Of a stretch of 64,000 bases of DNA, positions 10,116-19,300 are shown piece after piece. The position numbers and the translations under genes are program-made. Below the pieces are notes generated by a model. It had not been told where the DNA came from. It saw only the letters and a program-made list of their open reading frames with translations, and did no database searches. Position 1 is the first letter of the stretch, and the number at the start of each line of letters is the position of its first letter. Source of the DNA: an uncultured Bacteroidota bacterium (GTDB lineage: Bacteria; Bacteroidota; Bacteroidia; AKYH767-A; 2013-40CM-41-45); assembly GCA_963775555.1 (NCBI GenBank), contig CAVZJJ010000004.1, positions 2,971,601 to 3,035,600 on the forward strand. Reading direction: 5' to 3'.

Positions 10116-10694
10116 ATGGAAAAATTACTCTGGATTTTTATCTCCGCATTATTAATAAATAATTTTACCCTCACTTATTTTCTGGGTCTTTGTTCTTTTT
10201 TTGGAGTTACAACCAAAATTGAGACTGCCATTCGTCTTGGACTTGCCAATATTTTTGTGATGATAATTACCGCCCTTTGTGTTTACGCTTTAAACACTTG
10301 GGTATTGTCTTACGCTCCCTATCTGCGGATGATCAGCTTCATCATTGTAATAGCCAGTGCCGTCCAGTTTGTGGAAATGGCTATTAAAAAATTAAGCCCT
10401 GAACTTTTTAAAGCTCTCGGGATATACCTTCCTCTTATCACCACCAACTGCGCGATACTTGCATTGGCACTTTTCACGACCAACAAGGGATATGGATTTG
10501 TTGAAGGTCTGGTTTATGCTTTGGGTGCGGGGTTAGGAGTAACACTTGCCCTGGTACTACTAGCCGGAATCCGAGAAGAATCAAGATTGCTAAATATCCC
10601 TAAACTGATACAGGGGACTGCAATAAACATGATCATTGCAGGTATATTATCGATGGCATTTATGGGATTTGCAGGACTATTCAGCGGAAATTAA
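10116..10694 (+). CDS. rnfA: Rnf complex subunit A (RnfA/NqrE family).
   Basis: Six-TM protein with LPLITTNCAILA motifs. Last gene of the rnf run. Confidence 0.9.
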   Translation: MEKLLWIFISALLINNFTLTYFLGLCSFFGVTTKIETAIRLGLANIFVMIITALCVYALNTWVLSYAPYLRMISFIIVIASAVQFVEMAIKKLSPELFKALGIYLPLITTNCAILALALFTTNKGYGFVEGLVYALGAGLGVTLALVLLAGIREESRLLNIPKLIQGTAINMIIAGILSMAFMGFAGLFSGN

Positions 10695-10695
10695 T

Positions 10696-10875
10696 ATGGA
10701 AAAATATTTACAATACATTCTACCAATACTTGCGTTTGCACTGTTGGCTTCCGGTTGGGCAGCAGTACAGTTGATTGCAAAAAAGTCCGGAACCAAAAAT
10801 CATATAGACCATGGAGGGGGTTGTTGCGGCGCCTGCGATAATAAAGACAGTTGCAGTAAATCTGAAATAATATAA
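10696..10875 (+). CDS. 59-aa Cys-rich small membrane protein (one TM helix, then GGGCCGACDNKDSC). It resembles the FeoB-associated Cys-rich small membrane protein family.
   Basis: The ATG lies 1 nt after the rnfA stop. Hydrophobic helix ILPILAFALLASGWAAV followed by a GGGCCGAC cluster. Confidence 0.5.
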   Translation: MEKYLQYILPILAFALLASGWAAVQLIAKKSGTKNHIDHGGGCCGACDNKDSCSKSEII

Positions 10876-10951
10876 GTATATTTTCCATTTACTATTAAAG
10901 CTAATGCCAACCTCCGCAAATCCAATCTTCACATTATAAAAATTACCATAA

Positions 10952-12238
10952 ATGGAAATTTTCATTGTATCAATATTCATCCTTGGTTATGCAGCAATTG
11001 CCTTTGAACATCCAATTAAAATCAATAAAGCGGCAAGTGCGCTGCTAACCGGAGTCCTTTGCTGGGTCGTATATGTACTTTTTAGTGGCGAACCGGAAGC
11101 CGTAACGACCGAATTGCAGAATCACCTGGGAAGTTTGTCGGGAATATTGTTTTTCCTCATGGGCGCAATGACCATTGTAGAATTGGTCGATGCACACGAT
11201 GGCTTTGAGGTGATCACCAACCGGATCACCACCACTGATAAACGAAAACTACTCTGGATCGTTTCGATTATCACTTTCTTCCTTTCCGCGGTTCTGGATA
11301 ACCTTACCACCACCATCGTGATGACTTCACTCTGCAGAAAACTTATTTCCAACAAAACAGAAAGAATGTTTTTTGTAGGTATGATTGTTATTGCCGCCAA
11401 TGCAGGGGGTGCATGGAGTCCTATTGGTGACGTCACGACCACAATGCTATGGATGGGAGGGCAAATCACCAGTGGGAACATTATCCTAAAACTCTTTATT
11501 CCTAGTTTAATCTGCCTCATCACCCCATTGATAGCTCTGTCATTCATGCTAAAAGGAACCACAAAGCGACCCGCGGTGATTCCAGCATCAAAAAAAACCA
11601 TCTCTTCAACCCCCTTTGAAAGAAAACTTGTATTCTTTTCCGGCGTGGGGGCACTGGTTTTTGTACCTGTTTTCAAATCCATTACACATCTTCCTCCCTA
11701 TATGGGAATTCTATTCGGACTAAGCATCTTGTGGGTAATTACAGAACTTATTCATCACGAAAAAGGAGAAGAAGAAAAACACGTGTTATCGGTTGTTCAG
11801 GCACTACGAAAAATTGATGTACCAAGCATACTGTTCTTTCTGGGAATCCTGATTGCCATTTCTGCACTGGAGAGCACGCATATTCTCCATCACCTTGCAC
11901 AAGTGATGAATGATAATATTGGGAATCAAAGTTTGATTGTGATCAGTATTGGAATTCTTTCTTCCATAGTAGACAACGTACCCCTTGTAGCCGCAACCAT
12001 GGGCATGTACGATATGCATGCATTTCCTGCAGACGATTATCTTTGGGAATTCATCGCTTATTGTGCGGGAACCGGAGGAAGTATGTTGATTATCGGTTCA
12101 GCTGCAGGTGTTGCAGCTATGGGAATGGAAAAAATCGACTTTTTCTGGTACCTAAAGAAATTAGGATGGCTGGCTATGCTGGGTTATTTTGCCGGCGCCT
12201 TAGTGTATATTGCTCAGGATTATTTATTGTATAAATAA
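10952..12238 (+). CDS. nhaD: NhaD-family Na+/H+ antiporter (ArsB/NhaD permease superfamily).
   Basis: 428-aa polytopic membrane protein with the two-repeat architecture typical of NhaD (GGAWSPIGDVTTTMLW motif). Confidence 0.7.
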   Translation: MEIFIVSIFILGYAAIAFEHPIKINKAASALLTGVLCWVVYVLFSGEPEAVTTELQNHLGSLSGILFFLMGAMTIVELVDAHDGFEVITNRITTTDKRKLLWIVSIITFFLSAVLDNLTTTIVMTSLCRKLISNKTERMFFVGMIVIAANAGGAWSPIGDVTTTMLWMGGQITSGNIILKLFIPSLICLITPLIALSFMLKGTTKRPAVIPASKKTISSTPFERKLVFFSGVGALVFVPVFKSITHLPPYMGILFGLSILWVITELIHHEKGEEEKHVLSVVQALRKIDVPSILFFLGILIAISALESTHILHHLAQVMNDNIGNQSLIVISIGILSSIVDNVPLVAATMGMYDMHAFPADDYLWEFIAYCAGTGGSMLIIGSAAGVAAMGMEKIDFFWYLKKLGWLAMLGYFAGALVYIAQDYLLYK

Positions 12239-12250
12239 AAAAACAATACC

Positions 12251-13285
12251 TTATTTTTCTTCCACTAAAAATTCAGCCATTCCCTTACTGAGCATAGTTT
12301 TCATTTCACCTTTTTCATCCGCAAACACAAGATACACCTGAAGGCTCGTATCAGATCGCAAATAGTTCATGGTCTTATCCATGCCCATCACCATAAATGC
12401 CGTCGCGAAAGCATCAGCTGTCATGCAATCACTTGCAATCACAGTAGCACTCAATAAATTATTCAATGCCGGATAACCGGTCGCAGGATCTATTTCGTGG
12501 CTGATTTTTTTTCCGTTCCTGTAATAAAAGTTACGATAGTTCCCTGATGTAGCCAGCGACTTGTTTTCAAGTTTAAGTATATCTTTCAATTCCTGATGTC
12601 TTCCGCTGGCATCGTCAACGGGTTTTTCAATGCCGATTCTCCAACTGCCTTGTGTTTCATTTTTACCCTTTGTCCTAACCTCTCCTCCTATTTCCACCAT
12701 ATAGTTTTCAATTCCGTTTTTCTCAAGGAGCACAGCCAGCAAATCGACTCCATATCCTTTTGCAATGGCGCTAAAATCAACCTGAATCCTGCTATCCAAC
12801 TTTACAACAAAATATTTCCCACCTGATTCCATTATATTTACTTTCCGGTAATCTGCCAATTGCCTTAGGGAATCCACTACTGAACTATCCAGACTGATTG
12901 TATCCGCGAAACCAAAGCCCCATGCATTCACAAGCGGCATTACAGTTGCATCGAATGCTCCATTCGTTTTTTCAGAAACATCCTTCGCCCGAAGAAAAAC
13001 TTTCACGAAATAGTCATCCACTTCAATTAAGGTATCCCCCCTATTCACCCTTGAAATCGTAGAAGCAGGTATATAGGTAGAAACCGATCTGTTGAATTGA
13101 GCCAGGAGAGTATCAATGTCCGCCTGCAGGTTATCTGTAATATATCCATCAGCTTGCCTGGGGGAAGCTGAACAGGAAACATGATAGGTCGTTCCCATGG
13201 TCTTTCCCTCTAACTTCAACCAAGTTGTTTTATTGCTGTTACAATTGACTAAAAACAATATCGCAATCCAGTAAATCCTCTTCAT
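12251..13285 (-). CDS. apbE: FAD:protein FMN transferase (ApbE family) lipoprotein.
   Basis: Signal peptide with a LVNC lipobox. GKTMGTTYHV and AIAKGYGVD motifs characteristic of ApbE. Adjacent to rnf, whose RnfD/RnfG subunits are flavinylated by ApbE. Confidence 0.8.
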   Translation of the reverse strand: MKRIYWIAILFLVNCNSNKTTWLKLEGKTMGTTYHVSCSASPRQADGYITDNLQADIDTLLAQFNRSVSTYIPASTISRVNRGDTLIEVDDYFVKVFLRAKDVSEKTNGAFDATVMPLVNAWGFGFADTISLDSSVVDSLRQLADYRKVNIMESGGKYFVVKLDSRIQVDFSAIAKGYGVDLLAVLLEKNGIENYMVEIGGEVRTKGKNETQGSWRIGIEKPVDDASGRHQELKDILKLENKSLATSGNYRNFYYRNGKKISHEIDPATGYPALNNLLSATVIASDCMTADAFATAFMVMGMDKTMNYLRSDTSLQVYLVFADEKGEMKTMLSKGMAEFLVEEK

Positions 13286-13399
13286 CGAATTTATTTCAAT
13301 AATTGATACAATGTTCTATCAAGAAATTAAAACAGGATGCATCGAAATTCAAAGCAATGCAATCCCTTTGCAAACAAATTTATTTTTGGCGCCAGTGCC

Positions 13400-16300
13400 T
13401 CATGAAGTTCCCATCACCCTGATCTCTACATGATGTTCTGCTCCGTCATCTATAAGAGTAATCAGCAGTTCCGATTGCTCTACTCCGTCAACAGTCACCT
13501 TCAATTCTTCTGTATTATGAACCTGAGCAACCAGAATATGATAGGGAGTATTCTTGTACTTGTAGTATACTTTAAATGATTCCCAGTCTGCAGGGATGCA
13601 AGGTGCACACCTCAGTTTATCGGCTTCTCTTTGCAGTCCAAGAAAAGATTCAATAATTAAACGGTACATCCAGCCGGCAGATCCCGTATACCAGGTCCAT
13701 CCACCCCGTCCCTCATGAGGAGAACGAGCATAGATATCTGCTGCTAAAACGTATGGTTCCACTTTATACATAGCTATGGTTTTAGCAGTCCTGCCATGGT
13801 TAATCGGATTTATCATATTCAACAATTCCCATACACGTTTCGTATTACCCAATTTGGCAAAAGCCATTATCATCCAAATTGCAGCGTGAGAATATTGGCC
13901 ACCATTCTCCCTTACTCCCGGTACATACCCTTTAATATATCCGGGGTTCATGTCGGACTTGTCAAATGGAGGTTCAAGCAGTTGAATAATACCGATATCT
14001 TTTCTTACAAGGTTCTTGTATGCAGATTCCATAGCAATATTGGCACGGGTAATATCTCCCGCCTGGGATAAAACAGACCAGCTCTGGGAAATGGAATCAA
14101 TCCTGCATTCTTCATTTATTGAAGAGCCCAATGGCGTACCATCATCGAACCATGCCCGCTTGTACCATTCACCATCCCAGGCCGACTTGTCGATATTCTC
14201 TTTCAAACGCTCAGCTTCCTGTATACATTTATCCGCGAAGGCGGAATCGTTGTTCTGACTGGAAATTTTCGAGAATCTGATAAGTATGTCATAGAGGAAA
14301 AATGCCATCCACACACTCTCGCCTTTACCATCCTTTCCCACCTGGTCAAAACCATCATTCCAATCTCCCGCTCCCATCAAAGGAAGACCGTGTTCACCAT
14401 AATTGAAAGCATGTTTTATTGCAAGCACACAGTGATCATACAAGCGGGCTGATTGAAAAGATTGAACAGGAAGGTCATAGTAAGATTCTTCTCCCTGGTT
14501 CAGGGGGCGACCTTCCAGCCAATGCACTTGTTCTTCCAGTATAGCAGAGTCGCCTGTATGAGAAATATAAATTGCAGTAACAAGTGGCAACCAAAGATAA
14601 TCATCTGCGCACCTAGTCCGGACACCCCGGCCAACAGGAGGGTGCCACCAATGTTGAACATCTCCTTCTTTAAACTGACGGGAAGCTGATAATAAGATTT
14701 GTTTGCGAGCCAGATCTGGTACAGCATAGAGAAGCGACAATACATCCTGTAACTGATCCCGGAAGCCAAAGGCTCCTCCGGATTGATAGAATCCGCTTCG
14801 TCCCCAAAGGCGTGAAGAAAGTGTTTGGTAGGTGAGCCATCCATTTGTAATAATATTAATAGCAGTATCCGGAGTTTCCACCTGAACAGCACCAAGGGTC
14901 TCCTGCCAATAACTTATAACTTTTTTTAATGACTCCTGTGCGGCCGCGCTGCCACGAAATTGTTGTGCGAGGCGACTCGCAGTATGATGATCTGTTCCCG
15001 CGCCCAATCTGAAAATAATTTCATGCTCCTCGCCATCTGCCAATTCGAATGAAGCCTGAATCGCAGTGCATGGATCAAGGGCAAGTCCAATTCTCCCGGA
15101 AAGTTTTTGCCTGGACATCGCATCCGGATTTTGTAAAGTTCCATTGCGTCCAATAAATTCTGCACGATCAGCTGTAAATGTTTTTTTGGCATCATCAGTA
15201 TCGAAAAAAGCCACCCGCCTTGAAAATTCAGTATTGTATGGGTTCTTGGCAAAAATGGCTCCTGTGAAAGGATCAACTTCTGTATGAATATACATAGCGT
15301 TTCTTGTCCGATTATCTCCAAGGACCCATTCTGTATAACCTGTTGCAGAGAGCTTGCGGGGTCTGCCTGATTCATTTCGAATTTTTAAGACATTGAATTT
15401 AATGGATGACTCCATATCGACATACACAAGCAATTCTGAATAGATGCCATCTTCCTTGTGTTCAAAAAGACTATACCCAAATCCATGACGACAGATATAG
15501 GGTGCCTGACTGCTACATGGAAGTGCTGTCGCTGACCAGAAATTTCCAATTTCTTCATCGCGAATGTAAAATGCTTCACCGCCGGAATCACTCACAGGGT
15601 CATTCTTCCATGGCGTCAGTCGCAATTCATGTGCATTCTCTGTCCATGTATATGAGGCTCCGCTTTCAGAAATAACTGTTCCGAAACCAGGATTAGCGAT
15701 CACATTCACCCATGGCGTAGGTGTTTTAACATTGTCTTTGATAATTATGACATACTCGGTGCCGTCCGGAGAGAATCCCCCTATACCATTAAAAAATATC
15801 AGATCATATGGAAGCGGAATAGGTGTAAGGTTAGGTTTATATGGCCTCAGAGGAACGATATAAGGAACAACTCCTTTTGAAACCTGCTTACGTTTAACAT
15901 GCTCGGCCAATGAACCTTCAAGGTCTGAAATATTAATGCGCGCTACGGTTTGAAATAAAACGCGATCCTCACTGGAAATTTGATCTGCCGCCCTGACAAA
16001 AATTCCTCCCGGACGATCCGCCAATTCAGAAGGGATAAGTCCTAGAATATCATTCTGAAAATCCTGCCGGTAACCGGTACGTTCTTCATTCCAAATCACG
16101 AGGTCGATGATAAGTCCTTTCAATCGCCAAAAAGCATGTGCTTGTACGAGTTGCTTTACCAATTGCATACTGGTTTGCTTCTCAATTTTCAAAAGCACAA
16201 TCGGTAAGTCGCCTGAAATTGAATAGCCCCATAAACCCGATTGGCCCCTTTGATTGTTAATAAGAATAGCCGGATCGGCCCGGAAAGCAGAATTGGTATA

Positions 16301-19300
16301 CAGTATCGCACTTGCAAGTTGTGCATACAACTGCGCATCCACTTCCGAAGCATTGATTTGCCGGAGCACTACCTGACTGTGTGTCCAGGCCAATTCAAAA
16401 ATGCGATCTTTATGATGTTTGTCCTGGTATTTATTCACGAGGTTCAAACAATGATCTTTTGTTTCAGCAATGCCCAATAACATATCCACCGTCACTGTTT
16501 CATCCGGTTCCAGCTGTACCTTATACCGGATTGAAACGATGGGATCAAGTACAGAACCTTGTTTTCCTGAAAGCGGACCCGGACGTCTTAGGGCCTGTGG
16601 ATTCCTGACAGTATTTCCACGGCCAATAAACTCCATCCTGTCCGTTTCAAAAGATACTTCTTCTCCATTCTTTCCTTGAACAGTCATCAAATGAAACATC
16701 CATGGAGGATGCTCTTCCGCGGAACGTGGCCTGCGTGTGCAAAGAATTGCATTTTTCTGCGGGAGGATCTCAGTCTGCACAAAAAGATTGCTGAAAGACG
16801 GCTGGATAAGATCCGAAGCAGCAGGCGCTAGCACAACTTCCGCATAACTTGTAAATTCAATTAATCTAATTGCATTGGAACGGTTTGTAATGGAGAACCT
16901 CCGCATTTCAATGTCATCTTCCGGAGATACAACAATTTCAGTATGTGTTTCAATTTTGTTGTTAGTTGACCTGAAGTCCGCACGCCCCTGAGAATATACC
17001 GCTTCATATCCTTCTCCCCGGTTCAGAGTTGGCTGATGAGTATTGGACCAATATGCTTCACTCATCAAATCACGTATATATAAAAACGCGCCCCAATTAT
17101 CACAAGTCGCATCTTCCCTCCAGCGTATCACGTTCAGATCTTTCCATCTGCTATACCCACCTCCCGAATTTGTTACCATCACATGGTATTTTCCATTTGA
17201 CAACAATTGCACTTCAGGGCTGGGTGTATTTGGGGTCGTAATGACTCTCATCTCTTTACCGCTCGCCACATAATTCAAATCCGCTACATCCGTAGTATGT
17301 GCAAAGTATGTAGTTGCTTTAGGAATTCTTTCCTGGAGCAAAAGAAGTGCTGCCTTAAATTGTGGCTCCGCTTCAAAGAGTTTTTGCATCGGCTTGTCAA
17401 GAAGCAGGTAAGCAATAGACAACATGCTCATGCCCTGATGGTGAGCCATGAATGAAAAAACTGTTGCGCTCGATTGACCATGAGGCAAACGGGAAGGTGT
17501 ATAATCAATTGCCTCATAAAAGCCATGCCTGCCTTCAAATCCTTTTTCTGAAAGCATCTCAAGGTTTTCGCATGCCTTTTCCGGCTTCACCATGAGTGCC
17601 ATGACAGATGCATAAGGGGCAATTACGGAATCTTCTTCAAGACCCCGCTTGAGACCAAGGCCGGGTGCGCCAAATGCACGATATTGATAATTTAAATTGG
17701 CGTTAATCATATTATACCCGGATTCGGAAATTCCCCAAGGCAATCCTTTTTGTTTCCCGTATTCGATTTGCCATTCAACAGCTGCTTTACATGTTTGATC
17801 GATTAGTGTATTTTCGTATGTAGGCATTACCAGAAGTGGCATCAAATATTCGAACATGGATCCACTCCAGGAAAGAAGGATGGATTTTCCATTGACGTTT
17901 GTTAGTAAGCGACCTAAAGCAAACCAACTTTCCTCAGGTATTTTTCCCTGGGCAATCCCAATAAATATACATAACCGTGTCTCAGAGGCCAGAAGATCAT
18001 AGTAACTAACGTCGATTTTATGCTCCTGAACATTGTATCCAATAGTAAATAAATGGCTTGACTTGTCATACAGGAAGCCCCATTCCATATCCGCAAACTC
18101 ATCACATACTTTTGCGAGATAGTCGGCAATTTTGAGACGTTCATCGGCCACCAAAATCGACTTAGCCAGACTTGTTTTAATTGCATCCAGCCATTCGTTT
18201 TCTGCGGTTGTATTTTCACCTAATTGATGGCGACTGAGTTCCTCCCAAAACTTACGCGCTGCTATTAGCAAGTCAGCGAGCGTTGAATTTGCATTCACCG
18301 AACTTATATTGTCGAATTTTTCCGGAACGTCTTTCAATAATAACCAGGGTGCAAAAATCTGGCACTCCTCCTCCATGCGATCCAGTTGCTCCATGATTTT
18401 TTGCTTCCACCAAAAAGTATCACTCTCCGGATCGCTGTTCAGCCGGTGAAACAGAGAAGCGAAACTATTTCTCAGTCCTGATATTCGGGTTTCTAATTCC
18501 TGAATAGTTCCTGAATCTGTCTTACAGGCAGTTTCAAGTTCCTGTGAAAATTGCCGTAACATTTCGTCTTCACTTTCAAGAAGCGAGTCAGCAAGCACAT
18601 GTAAGGTATCCCGAAGGCCTTCAAATAATTTCAGCCCGAGTATTTCCCGGTGTTCCAGTGTGAGCAAACCCTGTCTCATGACCAATAAATGCCCAACCAG
18701 ATTTCCACTGTCAACAGTGGATATATATCTGGGCAACAAAGGATCCAGCGTCTCGGTATTGTACCAATTATAAAAATGTCCTTTATATTGCTCCAACAGC
18801 TTCATCGTGTTAATCGTCTTCGTTGTCCGTTCGATTAACTGTGCAACAGAAATGTATCCAAAGTCGCAGGCGGTAAGATTGGCAAGGAGGGTGAGTCCTA
18901 TATTAGTTGGAGAAGTACGCTGCGCCAGCTGCTCTGCCGGCTGTTCCTGAAAATTATCAGGTGGAAGCCATTGGCTGTTCTCGTCAACAAATCGTTCGAA
19001 GTAGCTCCACGTTTTTCGTGCGATCTTTCGCAGAAATATTTTTTGTTTTGAGGAAAGAAGAGCCACCTGTTTAGGGGCAGGACGGCTTGTCCAAAGGGTA
19101 ATATATGGTGCAAGAAACCATAGGGACAATATGGGTAATGCAACACTCAATTTAAACGGAGCTACAATTGTTAGATATGTAAAGCCGGAAATGGCAAGAA
19201 AAGGTTCTATCCACATCGCCCAATAGGATGCGAATACACTCTCCGGTTGTTCTTTTTTATCATTGGAAGAGGTGCTCCACTCCAGAAGTTTTTTTCTGCT

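Noticed and set aside
11122-11682. 186-aa ORF on the - strand inside nhaD
   Set aside because: Fully overlaps a well-supported membrane-transporter gene on the opposite strand. No domain signal.
14926-15375. ORFs of 149 aa and shorter scattered on both strands between 13.8 and 21.8 kb
   Set aside because: All are embedded in the 2894-aa glucan-synthase-like CDS, on the opposite strand or out of frame. Such ORFs are typical in long genes.
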